A DNA stretch of 64,000 bases from Octopus sinensis (GCF_006345805.1 NC_043005.1:46190001-46254000), one strand, 5' to 3'; numbered from the stretch's first letter, positions 26,603 to 40,810 are shown. Notes: generated by a model not told the origin, from the sequence alone. Numbers and translations: made by a program.

Positions 26603-27049
26603 ACCCTATGAACGATTCATATTAGCTGTTCAAAAACACACAGATATTGTTAGTTTCACTTAAACATTTATTGTATTTTTGAATGCACTTTGTATGTGTC
26701 TTTCATGCTCTAAAAGTTTTAGTTTCAACACATAGTCTCAGATCAAATCATTTGTCTGGTATGTACACCTCCGAAACAATGAAAATCTTTTCAAAGAAAT
26801 ATATTTTTCAGAAGCTTGAAATATAAATTTTGATACAAAGTTTCCGCTTTGGAAACTTTACGCTTTTTTCTTTCTTTTATCAATAGCAAATTTATATTTA
26901 TTCAGTGACATTCAGTGATGTTTAATCGATATCACGAGGAGAAAGAGACGGATTGCATACATCAGAACATTGATTTTTATGTATGCCTTAAGTTCATAAA
27001 TATAACTCGTAAAAATATGATAAATTAAATACCTAAATATACTTCTTTC

Positions 27050-27257
27050 TACTATATGCACAAGGCCTGAAATTTCGGAAGATGGGGATAGACGATTACA
27101 TTGACCCCAGTACTCAACCGATACTTATTTAATCGACCCCCGAAAGGATGAAAGGTAAAGTCTTCGGCAGAATTTGAACTCAGAATGTAAAGACGGACGA
27201 AATGCCGCTCAGTATTTTCCTCGGCGTGCTAATGATTCTGCCAGCTCGCCGCCTTAA
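27050..27257 (-). mobile_element. SINE family 1, tail B
   Basis: Family-1 head at 27235-27255; tail GGCCTTGTGCATATAGTAGAAAG. Confidence 0.85.
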
Positions 27258-27461
27258 AATATCTAAATATATTAAAATACTTGACAGTGAAAAGAAAACC
27301 TTTTGGAGAAGTGAGGATATAATTACCACATTTAATAGCCTATAAGATGCACTCTAAGCTACTGTCGTCCCTAACGCACAACATTAAGGCTAATTTGATG
27401 CAGACGCTCTCTTGTACCTACTCTAACACAGCAATAATATTTACATGAAAGCAAGCCTGTG

Positions 27462-27790
27462 GGCTGGCAGAATCGTTAGCACGCTGGGCGAAATGCGTAG
27501 CAGTATTTTGCCCGTCGCTACGTTCTGAGTTCAAATTCCGCCGAGGTCGACTTCGCCTTTCATTGTTTCGGAGTCGATAGATTAAATACCAGTGATACAC
27601 TGGAATCGATGTAATCGACAAATCCTCTCCCCCAAATTTCAGCCTTGTGCCTTTAGTAGAAATGATTATTATGACTTAGGCGGCGAGCTGGCGGATTCGT
27701 TAGCACACCGGGCGAAATGCTTAGTGCGATTTCGTCCGTCTTTATGTTCTGGGTCCAAATTCTACCAAGGTCGCATTAACCTTTCATCCG
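27462..27790 (+). mobile_element. SINE family 1 (tail B) followed by a second partial copy
   Basis: Two heads, at ~27462 and ~27680. Confidence 0.85.
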
Positions 27791-28414
27791 AGTGATAATA
27801 TGTATCCCCACTTAAATGTGGATGTTTTTTGCAACAGAACAGTTAGCAAAGTTTGTTGTAATAGAACATCCACGTTTAATTGGAGATAACATTACTCCAC
27901 ATTCGTATTTACATCTCATTCATTATTTGCATTCATTTTTGTATCTTAGGATGTATGGCATACCTTGCATCAATGGAGGAAAAGTAACTATATTGAACTT
28001 GCCATTCTGTCGTGCCAATTGTTTTATATTTTTCTGTGTTGTTTCTCAATAGAAATGTATTCAACACCCACATTCATTTTCAAAACGAGTGAATTTTATT
28101 TTCAAGGGAAATAACTCCGTTATTTATGTGTAAGAGTTATCTTCCTTGCTTCAATATTTCTTTAGCCGATACTTGATTAGTTTCAGGCTTGGAAACTTCG
28201 TTATTCAGAGAAGAAAAAGATGATGATGAGGTGATAGTTACGACACGACCCAGCAACAAGTTGTTCACGTAGTTAAGAAAGAAAAGAAGAAAGAAAATAG
28301 GAGTAAATTTTTTTTTTCATTGAACAAAAATATTAAATAACGATTGACTTCATTCTAAGAATAAAATGTATTATACAAATATGTATACACACCCACACAC
28401 ACACACCACACACA

Positions 28415-28467
<53 letters not shown>

Positions 28468-28556
28468 AATACATACATATATGTATATATATATACACAC
28501 ACATACATACATACATGGCCGCAGTTTAATGACTGAAACAAAAGACAAAATATAAA

Positions 28557-28649
<93 letters not shown>

Positions 28650-28957
28650 TATACACAGACACACACACACACACAACTGGGGTTGAAACAACAAGAAACT
28701 CACCTGCTGTAGCTATAGAGAGTCTCTACGTAGTCGATCGAACTGCTAGAAACAGTAACCAAATCTCGTTTAAGTAGCCCGCCTCTTCTGTGTTCAGTAA
28801 CTGAGGGTGACACTGGTTAATTTACTTCTAAATACCTCTAATGTGACACGGAAGAGATGGCTGAAAGGTCTTTTTGATTAAGGTTTGCTGGACTAGGGTT
28901 GAACTACTGCAACAGAAAAAGGAAGTAATAAATGATAATAAAACTAATTATAATCAT

Positions 28958-29934
28958 AATGATTTCAAATTTCGGCACAAAGCCAGCAATTTCGAGGGAG
29001 GATATAAATCGATGACATCGATTGCAATGTTCAACTGATAGTTATTTTATTGAGTTTGAAAGGTAAAGTCGACCTGGGCGGCATTTGAACACAGAACGTA
29101 AAGACCGACGAAGTCCGGCATACTAACGTTTCTTATTTCTTTATTGCACACAAGGGGCTAAACATAGAGGGGACAAACAAGGCCTGACAAAGGGATTAAG
29201 TCGATTACATCGCCCCCAGTGCGTAATTTATCGACCCCAAAAGGATGAAAAGCAAAGTCGACCTCGGCAGAATTTGATCTCAAAACATCACGGCAGACGA
29301 AATACCTATTTCTGTACTACCCACAAGGGCTAAACACAGAGAGCACAAACAAGGACAGACAATCGGATTAAGTCGATTATATCGACCCCAGTGCATAACT
29401 GGTACTTAATTTATCGACCCCGAAAGGGTGAAAGGCAAAGTCAACCTCGGCGGAATTTGAGCTCAGAACGTAACGGCAGACGAAATACAGCTACGCATTT
29501 CACCCGGCGTGCTAACGTTTCTTATTTCTTTACTGCCCACTATGGGCTAGACGCAGAGGGGACAAACATGGACAGACAAACGGATTAAGTCGATTATATC
29601 GACCCCAGAGCGTAACTGGTACTTATTTAATCGACTCCGAAAGGATGAAAGGCAAAGTCGACCTCGGCGGAAATTGAACTCAGAACGTAACGGCAGACGA
29701 ATACCTATTTCTTTACTACCCACAAGAGGCTAAACACAGAGAGGACAAACAAGGACAGACAAACGGATTAACTCGATTACATCAACCCCAGTGCGTAACT
29801 GGTACTTAATTTATCGACCCCGAAAGGATGAAAGGCAAAGTCGACCTCGACGGAATTTGAACTCAGAACGTAACGGCAGGCGAATACCGCTAAGCATTTC
29901 GGCCGGCGTGATAACGTTTCTGCCAGCTCGCCGC
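28958..29934 (-). mobile_element. Tandem array of five SINE family-1 units
   Basis: Junctions at ~29132, 29306, 29521 and 29705; single complete head at 29880-29934. Confidence 0.9.
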
Positions 29935-29954
29935 ATTACTACTACTACTACTAC

Positions 29955-30139
29955 TACTTTTTTCTATTATAGGCACAAAGCCAGAAATTTTGTGGGAAGG
30001 GGCTAATTGATTCGGTGGTACTTATTTTATCGATCTCGAAAGAATGAGAAGCAAAGTCGACCTCGGCTGAATTTGAACTCAGAAAGTAAAGACGGACGAA
30101 ATGTCGCTAAGCATTTTGCCCTGCATACTAACGATTCTG

Positions 30140-30175
<36 letters not shown>

Positions 30176-30258
30176 ACTACTACTGCTACTACTACTGCTA
30201 CAGCTGCTGCTGTTGCTACTACTACTACTACTACTGCTACAGCTGCTGCTGTTGCTAT

Positions 30259-30296
<38 letters not shown>

Positions 30297-30455
30297 GTGG
30301 TGGAGAAACACGACCGAAGGTTACTCGAGGGGACAAACAAGGACAGACAAAGGGATTAAGTCGATTACATCGACCCAAGTGCGTATCTGGTACTTAATTT
30401 ATCGACCTCGAAAGGATGAAAGGCAAAGTCGACCTCGGCGGAATTTGAACTCAGA
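29955..30455 (-). mobile_element. Two further SINE family-1 copies separated by a (TAC)n/(TGC)n microsatellite
   Basis: Family-1 body at 29960-30140 and 30328-30455. Confidence 0.8.
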
Positions 30456-30710
30456 GCATTTACTTTCGTTTCTGTCAACGCTTCGTATTCCTTTAACACA
30501 GTGCCGATCACCTCCACTTCCATGGTATCGACATCATTACGATGACATCATATGTTGACACTGCCCATTCAAGAGTCCTAAACTTCGTTTGTAATATTCT
30601 AACTCCAGCCTGTACATTTAGAAAAGATGAGAGAGGACGCACTGATAGGCGGACTACCGAGCCTGTGAGCTTGAAAGCGAGTTCGAAACCTCCTACTTTT
30701 GGAACTGATA
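30456..30710 (-). pseudogene. Old Tx1/L1-like reverse transcriptase fragment
   Basis: Minus strand reads ..VRLSVRPLSSFLNVQ..AVSTY-DVIVMMS/TMEVEVIGTVLKEYEALTETKVN, aligning by eye to VRQGCPLSALLYV..SVSAYADDVTVIVS..IELVGETLKNYEAVTGAKIN of the 43-47 kb LINE. Confidence 0.65.
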
Positions 30711-30829
30711 CTTTATCTTATTGAGCTCGGAGGGATAAAAAGTAAAGTTGACTTCAGCGAGATAAGAAGAATCAAATACCAAAGATTTCAAGTCTTTTCT
30801 TCATCTTAGGTTATCGAAACTAAATATCT

Positions 30830-31062
30830 CTTTCTTTATTACCCACAAGGGGCTGAACATAGAGGGGACAAACAAGGACAGATAAACGGATTAACTCGAT
30901 TACATCGACCCCAGTGCGTAACTGGTACTTAATTTATCGAACCCCGAAAAGATGAAAGGCAAAGTCGACCTCGGCGGAATTTGAACTCAGAACGTAACGG
31001 CAGACGAATACCGCTATGCATTTCGGCCGGCGTGATAACGTTTCTGCCAGCTCGCCGCCTTA
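30830..31062 (-). mobile_element. SINE family 1, full length, tail A
   Basis: As 2461-2688. Confidence 0.9.
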
Positions 31063-31184
31063 AATATCGGTGTGGATAATTTATTTTAAAAAATCAAACC
31101 AGAATGTTTTATTAGGATTTGGGGTAAAACACTGAAGTACCCTCTTACTGCTGATAATGGGGGCTATTAGAAATACGAATCAGA

Positions 31185-31760
31185 ACATTCTGGGTTGGAA
31201 AATGTACCTAGATTTTGGCAATAGATACTAGATTTTTCTGTGCAAATGTACCTTGCAGCTGGCATTAAGTATTAGCTTTTCTATGAAAGGTACCTAACTG
31301 TTGGCAATGGGTGCTAGACGTTCTGTGCAAAGGTACCTTTTGGCAATAGTTACTAAACCTCTAATGTGCAAATGTACCGATATATTAGCAATAAATTTCA
31401 GATTGTTCTTGGTTGCAAAATGTACCACGCTTTTGGCATTAAATACTAGGAAAGATACCAAGTTGTTGCCAGTAAGTATCAGTCTTTTTGCGGGTCTGGG
31501 AAATGTACCCAGCTTTTGGCATTAGGTACCAAACATTTTGGGAAAGTACTTAGCTACTGAGAATAGGTACCAGACTTTTTCTGGGTTGGGAAGGGTACCT
31601 AACTTTTGGCTATAGATATCAGATTTTTCTGCATACAGGTACCTAGATGTTGACAGAAGATACAAGGTTTTCTGTGCAAACTAACCAAGACTTTGCAATT
31701 AGGTGCCAGACATTTTGAGGGCTGGAAACGGATCCTAGTATTTGAGAATATGTATCAGGT
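31185..31760. repeat. Degenerate minisatellite with (A/G)GTACC-centred ~20-bp subunits
   Basis: Recurring AATGTACCTAG(C/A)TTTTGGC and AATAGGTACCAGACTTTTTCTG variants. Confidence 0.7.
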
Positions 31761-32464
31761 TGTGTAACCCAAAATATGTAAAAAAATAAAAAAACACGGA
31801 AATGAAAGGGACCTTACTGGCTCAATACAACCCAGAATGAGATACTCGGTATTGATTTACCTTAAAATGAGTTGAGCAACTGTACATCACAGCGCTTCTA
31901 AAAGGTTGCTCTAACAACATTATAAATGACTAGGAAAAAGAAGTTGGTTTCGCTAGCTTATTTGTTCAGTAACAAAAACTAATGATTGCAAATGATAATC
32001 GGAAAAGTCGTTCTGTTTCTTATTTTTCTGTTACAAATACAGACTGAATCATTCTATAAATTAGATAAAAGAACTTCTTGACCATATGGACAGATCAGAG
32101 AGCAGACACTGGTGATAACTGATTTAATTTAAGTTTAAGCTCTTGTGTCAATGACTTCATGCCAAAATTTCCTACAAATTCACTGCGATTTAACGTACTT
32201 TAATTTGTGTTGGTGAGCGACTCAGTTACACCAAATCCAGTGCTCAGCTGGTACTTATATTTATTGACTTCGGAAAGGATGAAAAGCAAAGTTCTACTTC
32301 GGTGAACTCAGGACGTATAGCCGGAAGAAATATTGCTAAGCATTTTGTCCGGCGCGGTAACAATTTTACTAGCTCACCGTTTTCTACTATGCGTTAATAA
32401 AGTATCATTTTCTAGTTGATTTTGAAGTAAATAATTTTATTGATTTATTACAAGTTAATGTAGT

Positions 32465-32720
32465 GGAGGCACGTGGCATAGTGGTTAGGGTGTCAGCACC
32501 ATGATCGTAAGATTGTGTTTCGATTCCTGGACCGGGCGACGCGTTGTGTTCTTGAGCAAAACACTTTATTTCACGTTGCTCCAGTCCACTCAGCTGGCAA
32601 AAATGAGTAACGCTGCGATAGACTGGCGTCCCGTCCAGCTGGGGAATACATACGCCATAGAAACCGGGAAACTGGGGCCATGAGCCTGGCTAGGCTTTAA
32701 AAAGGGCGTATTTATTTATT
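32465..32720 (+). mobile_element. tRNA-derived SINE, body beta with tail Y
   Basis: GGAGGCACGTGGCATAGTGGTTAG head; GACTGGCGTCCCGTCCAG; (TTTA)n end. Confidence 0.8.
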
Positions 32721-34974
32721 TTTAATTACAAGTTAATAGTAAGAAAAAAGAAGCAACAATAAATATGACTGAAATAAGTAGAAGAAATCTGTGAAAGGTA
32801 TTTTAGTTCATTTAGTTCACTGACCGACTGTTATGTACCTATAAAACACTGAAATTGTGAGAGCGGCTCTGAATTTAAACTTGAAATCGGTTTGTAGGCA
32901 TCTCTCGGCCCAGAGATGAAATTATGGAAACGACTGAAGTTCACACGTCAGCAGTTGCCGACAAGAAAAACTGACTTGCAGTGTTTCAGATATTTATGAA
33001 ATACGTTAACTCCTGGACTACAGAAGCTCTTTTAACTCATGTCCCAGGAGCGTATTTGAAGTTTGGAACCCACTGCGAAGATTCTTAGCGCAATAATATC
33101 ATTTCATTTCCTTTAATGTAGTGAAAAAAAAAAAAAAAAAAGAAAGAGAAAAAGAAAAAAATGGAAAACGAAAATAAAAAGATGTCAATATCTTTGGCAG
33201 GGCCTAATAGAAAACCAAATAACTTTGATTTAATCCTTCTGCAGAATCTTACGACCTTCACCCAATGACATCCAAGAAATAAATCTAGTGCATCTTGCTT
33301 GTCTTAATTCAGTTCATAGAAATGATGAAATTTCAATGGAATTTATAGCTTGGTTACATCATGGAAAACTTCCACCCACCAACCAGTATTTCACATCCAC
33401 ACCTATCTAATTTATTTCATCTGTTCTGTGTCTTTACTTTCTTCTCAATAACTTCTCTTAGTTGCATCTGTCTCTCTCTGTCTCTGTCTCTCTGTCTGTC
33501 TCTCTCTCTCTCTACTACACATACTCTTCCGCTCTCTCTCTCTCTTCCCTCCTGCCCGATTCATTTTCTTCACCAATAACCGCTTTCATAATCAACGCCA
33601 GTGACTTTGGGATGATAATCATAATAAATTAGATTTCTCCCGCAACCATCTAATGAACTTTAGCAATTCTCTTGATGTACGAACCCAACACTCAGGTAAC
33701 TGTTCTTTCTACCGGGTTTTCAGAAACCCGGTTTGGTTGTTAACGAAAGTTGAGAGCTTGTCAAAGAAAGGTACGTGTACAAACACGCACGGACGCTCGC
33801 GCTCGCGCGCTCATCGACGCTCACACACACACACACACAGATACACACACATACATACAGGCAAATACGTACATATACACCACACACACTCACACAAGAA
33901 CTCATGTACACTCACATACACACACACACTTAAATATTCATACACACTTCATAAGCGTCATTAAGAAACACGCACGCGCATACAAACACGTGTGTGTATG
34001 TATGTGTGTGTGTTGGGTTTGTGTATGTGTGTGCCTCTGTGCGCATATGTGTGCCTCTGTGCGCATGTGTGTGTAGTTTTTGTATTTGTTTCACAGGTGT
34101 CTTGGGATGTAATCTTAAATTATATTTATTAACACTTATTCTATCCTGTTGCTTAATTCATTTTATTGCGGCCATGCTGGAGCACAGCCATGATGAGTTT
34201 AGTCGATGAATTTGACCCCAGTACTTATTTGAAGTGGTGGGGGAGTCGCAAAGCTATGGGGACGTAACCAAATCAACATGAGTTTTCAAGTGCTGAACGA
34301 CAAAGGCAAATGCTCACACGCATACACTTATGTGTGAAAACGAAAGAAAAGAGAACTTAGTACGTGAAGTAGAGTATATTTGTTGAAAAATGCCAGACAT
34401 TCAATACAGTGTAACTCAGAGTTTTAGACACAGGCACGCACGCACACACACACGTATACAGACACATACACACGCACACGCACGCACACATAGATGTATA
34501 TACACACTCACACTCACACAAGTATAAACACACACATACTCACACGCTCACGTATGCACGAAGTATATATATTTAGTGTTTCAGACGATATAAAAATTGG
34601 CGGTATTATATCATATGACATTTGTAAAGTCACTGCTTATAGGTGGAGGTTGGTAATGTGATCGATTTACAGATAGCAAGAGTTATTGTTCTTGTCCTAC
34701 AGTTGTGTAGAAGAAAACTACTTAGTCTATGGTCATCAGTGTTGACAGCAATTACTCCACGATCTAGCTATAGCCAGACTGAAGATTTCGGATGGCTGAA
34801 ATTTATTTCAGGAGAAATTTTCAACGGAAACAGCATATCTCCAGTTCTTGTGTGCTTTTGGTTAAGAGCTGCCGCAAGGTGTTTCAGGATGTAAAACTTT
34901 TCGGCTAGGCAAAGCCTACAGTCGTGTGTTCCGCTAGAGTATGCGAGAGAAATATATATATATAATATATATAT

Positions 34975-35009
<35 letters not shown>

Positions 35010-35574
35010 ATATATTCTTTTACTTGTTTCAGTCATTGGACTGTGGCAATGCTGGGGCATCGCATTGAAGTGTTTAGTGGAACAAATCAACCCCAATGGC
35101 TACTTTTAAAGTCCCGTACCTGTTCTATCGGTCTCTTTTGCTGAACTGCTAAATTATGGGGAAGTAAACAGACCATCACACCGGTTGTCAAGCGGTGGCG
35201 TGAGACAAACACAAATACAAAGTCGCATTTCTTTCTTTAATCATCCCTGCCATTTTTCATGCCTTAAATACTCACACAGCGTTGCTCCTTCCTAAATTTG
35301 CAACAGTCTGGAAATCTCAGCCTGCCCATATTCTCATCTCTACGCAGCAGGATTAGTTTACTGAAGTTTGGTGTTAAGTATTGTGTGCGGAATGTTAAAA
35401 ATGATAGCCTAGAGTTCCACCCTGAAAGGCATGTGTCTCTCATACGCTTAGCATTGCAGCAGAAATCATCAAGAAATATGATGGTGTTAGTGAAAAGCTT
35501 TAGTTTAACTTTTAACAATAGCTTAACAATATATATATATATATATATATAGAAACACATATACCTACAAGCCA

Positions 35575-35778
35575 TACCTACCTACCTACCTACCTACCTA
35601 CCTACCTACCTACCTACCTACCTACCTACCTACCTACCTACCTACCTACCTACCTACCTACCTACCTACCAACCTACTTACCTACATACATACATACATT
35701 ACATACAAATATATACATTCAAATGATATATATATATATAATATATATATACACGAATATATGCATTCAAATGATATG

Positions 35779-35821
<43 letters not shown>

Positions 35822-35992
35822 ACATGCATACATACATACATACACGCACGCACGCACATATGCATACACACGCACATGCACACATTAATGCATCGGGATT
35901 TGGACGGTGTTTGCTACAACAGAAGGCGAACGAATGATTTTCTCTCAGGACCAGCACAAAATGCACAAAATGTATGTATGTATGTATGTATG

Positions 35993-36024
<32 letters not shown>

Positions 36025-36336
36025 TGTATGTATGTATGTATGTATGTATGTATGTATGTATGTATGTATGTATGTATGTGTGTATGTGTGTGTGTATGTA
36101 TGCATGTGTATGTGTGTATGTACGTATGTATGTATGTATGTATGTATGCATATTAATTGTATTTGAAGACAAAGAGAAGAAATTGTTGAAAACGTAACAC
36201 ACAAGTAAATCTTAATGCCTTGATAAAAGACATTAAGATTTGATTGCATGTTACATTTGGTAAGAAGTTTCTCGAAAATTTATTTACAAATTCACCCATC
36301 CTTCGGCCAGAAACACACTACACACATTCATATATA

Positions 36337-36379
<43 letters not shown>

Positions 36380-36763
36380 TATAATATATATATATATATT
36401 CATACAACATCTATACACGTATATGCATATATTGTAAGCAAACTCAATTATCGCTCCACGGTCGGCACGCAAGAAATTTGCAGAAAATTACTAAAAGCAT
36501 GCACAACCAAAGTTGCTAAGAAAATTCCTAATGTCTGTAATCACACAAGTTAGTTTGTGACAACTTATGATTAAAAGCGTTTTTTCTCTAACTCACATGC
36601 ACAAGAATTAGAAAACCATTCACTCAGAATTGCAGCCGTAACAACACGCACCTTTTGGCACTGACAAAGGATGAATATATACCAATGTTTGTGTGTGTGT
36701 GTGTACATATATTTCTATGTATATCTAATATATATATATACTATATACATATATACATATATC

Positions 36764-36812
<49 letters not shown>

Positions 36813-36927
36813 TACATATATGTGTATGTATGCATATATATATATGCATACATACATACATACATACATAATACATATATAATATTATGTAATATATATG
36901 TATATATATATGTAATATATATATGTA

Positions 36928-37007
<80 letters not shown>

Positions 37008-37239
37008 GATGTATGGTTATGGTACATGTGTATATACAGATATATGCATGTACATGCATATACGTCTATATAAAATATATATGCATAAGTGTGTATGCAT
37101 ACATATACTGGTATCTATACGTACATAAATGTATATATGCCTCTCCCTCTCTCCACTTTTTCTCTCTCTCTCTGTCAGTATATATATATATATATATATC
37201 TATATATATATATATATGTATGAATGTATGTATGTATGT

Positions 37240-37296
<57 letters not shown>

Positions 37297-37790
37297 GAGA
37301 TAGATAGATAGAGAGATAGATAGAGAGATAGATAGATAGACAGTTAGACAGATAGGTAGATACACACACATAAGCATATATGCACATAGAAACACACACA
37401 TACACACACACACACACAGATATATACATATATACACATACACATATACGCATATACATGGGCACATACACATAGTTTAATGCATGAGTATGATGTGAAG
37501 TATATGGAGATATGAATTGAAAAAGAGTTGCAGACTACACGTATGAGAAAGTGTGCGTGTAGGGACATTTAGTCGTTCATCGTTCAGAACTTGAATGCGT
37601 GTATTTGTGCGCGCACATATGCATGTGTGTGTGTGTGCGCGTGTGTGTGCGTGTGTGTGTGTGAGCGTTTGTATGTGTGTATCTGTGACTAAATATATTA
37701 TACAATATATATATGTATATTGTGTAATATATTTATTCACAGACAGACGCACACATGCGAATACTCATACACACACATATATTTTGTACA

Positions 37791-37822
<32 letters not shown>

Positions 37823-38230
37823 GTATGTATATATATATATGTATATATATGTGTATGTATATACATATGTATGTATATATATATGTATGAATATATATAT
37901 GTATATATATATGTATGAATATATATATGTATATATATATGTATGTATATATATATGTATGAATATATGTATGTATATATATATGTATATATATGTATAT
38001 ATATGTATATATATGTATATATATATGTATATATATATGTATATATATCTATATATAATACATACACGCATACATATGTGCATGCTTACATAAAGATATA
38101 CATACATACATTCACACACATACATATGCATACCAACACACATACATACATACAATACATACATACATACATACATAACACACACACATACATACACACA
38201 CACATACATACATGCATACTTATACACAGA
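35575..38230. repeat. Extended block of (CCTA)n, (TATG)n, (CTAT)n, (GATA)n and (TA)n microsatellites
   Basis: Direct inspection; short unique spacers between tracts. Confidence 0.9.
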
Positions 38231-38533
38231 TGAGACAGATGAAACGGAATAATATGTGTTGAATTAATCAACGTACATACATTAAAATAAATATACATTT
38301 TCTATATGTCATTTCCACAGGCATGCATACATGTTTCTTAGCCGTGATGTGTATTACATAAAATTATATATATATACACCACACGCCTTAACCTGCAGAC
38401 GATAGAGTGACAGCTACGAAAGTGGCAAAAACCAGTTACGCTTTCGTTCCGGTCTCTCCGTTATTTGCTAAAGAAAGCAATATGTGTACATGCATATGTA
38501 TGTGTGGTTGAGTGTGTGTGTGTGTGTGTGCCC

Positions 38534-38577
<44 letters not shown>

Positions 38578-38654
38578 GTATATATGTATATATGTATATA
38601 TCTATATATCTATATCTATATCTATATCTATATCTATATCTATATCTACCACTA

Positions 38655-38745
<91 letters not shown>

Positions 38746-38753
38746 GTATCTAT

Positions 38754-38792
<39 letters not shown>

Positions 38793-38840
38793 ATCTATCT
38801 ATCTATCTATATATACATTCTCACGTGGTTTATATATATA

Positions 38841-39200
38841 GGCGCAGGCACATGGGTGTGTGGTAAGTAGCTTGCTTACCAACCACATGGTTCCAAATTC
38901 AGTCCCACCGCGTGGCACCTTGTGAATGGATCTGATAGACGGAAACTGAAAGAAGCCTGTCGTATATATACTATATGTGTGTATGTGTGTGTATGTGTGT
39001 GCGTGTGTGTGTGTGTGAGTACATATGTTTGTGTGCCTGTGTTTGTTCTCCATCATCGCTTGACAACCGATGTTGCTGTGTTCACATCCACGTAACTTAG
39101 CGGTTCTGCAAAAGACACCCATAGAATAAGTACCAGGCTCCCAAGGAATAAACCCTGGGGTCCATTCGTTCGACTAAAGGCGGTGCTCCAGCATGGCTGA
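38841..39200 (+). mobile_element. SINE family 3 with internal microsatellite
   Basis: GGCGCAGGCACATGGGTGTGTGGTAAG head ... GGCGGTGCTCCAGCATGGC tail. Confidence 0.85.
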
Positions 39201-39211
39201 AAAAAATAACC

Positions 39212-39252
<41 letters not shown>

Positions 39253-39300
39253 CATACATACATATATATACATACACACACACACACACATGCGCGCACG

Positions 39301-39338
<38 letters not shown>

Positions 39339-39607
39339 CAATCAATACAAACAGCTAGGCGCAATGTAATACCATAAAGGAAAAATTTAATCTTTACTAC
39401 ATGTAACTGAGGGTGCCGAAACGCCTAAATTAATATAAACTAGAAATCAATATAAATTAATATAATTTTTCCTTCATGGTATTACATTGCACCTAACCGT
39501 CTATAATAATTTTAGTATTAGGGTTTCACTAAATTAGCCATAAATTTTTATGGTAGAAATATATATACTGGCAGAAGGAATTAACCAAAACCATCGATTG
39601 TTTGAGT

Positions 39608-39661
39608 AATCACTACTGATGATGTCTACAAAATAGACGAAACTAGTCTAGTCTAGTGATT
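39608..39661 (+). ncRNA. Type I hammerhead ribozyme motif (predicted cleavage after GUC at 39653)
   Basis: AATCACTA-CTGATGA-T-GTCTA(CAAAA)TAGAC-GAA-ACTA(GTC)TAGT-C-TAGTGATT: 8-bp stem I, 5-bp stem II, 4-bp stem III, all core nucleotides present. Confidence 0.75.
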
Positions 39662-39709
39662 CTAAAGTCGATCATAGGGTGGTTACCTTCCCTGTCAGTG
39701 TATGTATAT

Positions 39710-40810
39710 ATATTCTTTTATTCTTTTACGTGTATCAGTCATTTGACTGCGGCCATGCTGGAGCACTGCCTTTAGTCGAACATATCGAATCCAGGACTTA
39801 TTTTTTGTAAGCCTAGTACTTATTCTATCCGTCACTTTTACCGAACCGCTAATATACACACACACATATATTTTATATATATATATGTATATATATTGCC
39901 CTCTTCTTAAAAGATAAAGCGCTTTTAGCTCTTATTTCTAGCAATGTAAGTACATCGGCTACATTTAGTGGCGATTAGATTTTTCCTACACACACACACG
40001 CAAACACGCTAACACACACACACATTATATATATACTCTTTTACTTGTTTCAGTCATTTGACTGTGGCCATGTTGGAGTATCGCCTTTTAATCGAGCAAA
40101 TCGACCCCAGGACTCATTCTTTGTAAACCTAGTACTTATCCTATCGGTCTATTTTGCTGAACCGCTAAGTCACGGGGACGTAAATACACCAGCATAGGTT
40201 GTCAAGCGATTTTGAGGGGACAAACACAGACACACAAACATATATATACACACACACACACAAACACACATATAGACATATATACGACGGGCATCCTTCA
40301 GTTTCCGTCTACCAAATCCACTCACAAGGCTTTGGTCGGCCCGAGGCTATAGTAGAAGACACTTGCCCAAGGTTCCACGCAGTGAGACTGAACCCGGAAC
40401 CAAGCTACTTACCACACAGCCACTCCTAAGCCTATATATTTATTTTACATATTCCTTGTTTTAGTTGTTAGACTGCTGCCATGCTGGAGTACCTCTTTGG
40501 AAGGTTTAGTCGCATAAATCGGCCCCACTATCATTTCTAAAGTTCAGTACTTATTCTATCGCTCTCTTTTTTTTGCCAAACCGCTAATTTACGAGTACGT
40601 ATAGAAACCAACACTGGTTTCAAAGGGTTGTGGAGGACAAACACAAATACAGACACATACACTAGTGGTTCGGCGAAAGTGACCGATAGAATAAGTACTA
40701 GGTTTACAAAGAATAAGTCCTGGGGGTCGATTTCTTCGAGTAACACCTTTTAAGGCGGTGCTCCAGCATGGCCGAAGTCAAATGACTGAAAGAAGTAAAA
40801 GAATAAAAGA
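39710..40810. mobile_element. Cluster of four SINE family-3 copies or fragments in mixed orientation
   Basis: 39710-39850 (-), 40035-40430 (-), ~40460-40630 (-), ~40640-40810 (+). Confidence 0.8.

Noticed and set aside
25835-29934. Tandem ~185-bp repeats as a CRISPR-like array
   Set aside because: Units are whole SINE bodies without unique spacers; eukaryotic context and no cas genes.
30502-30724. Plus-strand open frame with good splice-like signals (ADHLHFHGIDII...)
   Set aside because: It is the antisense shadow of a decayed Tx1-like RT fragment on the minus strand.
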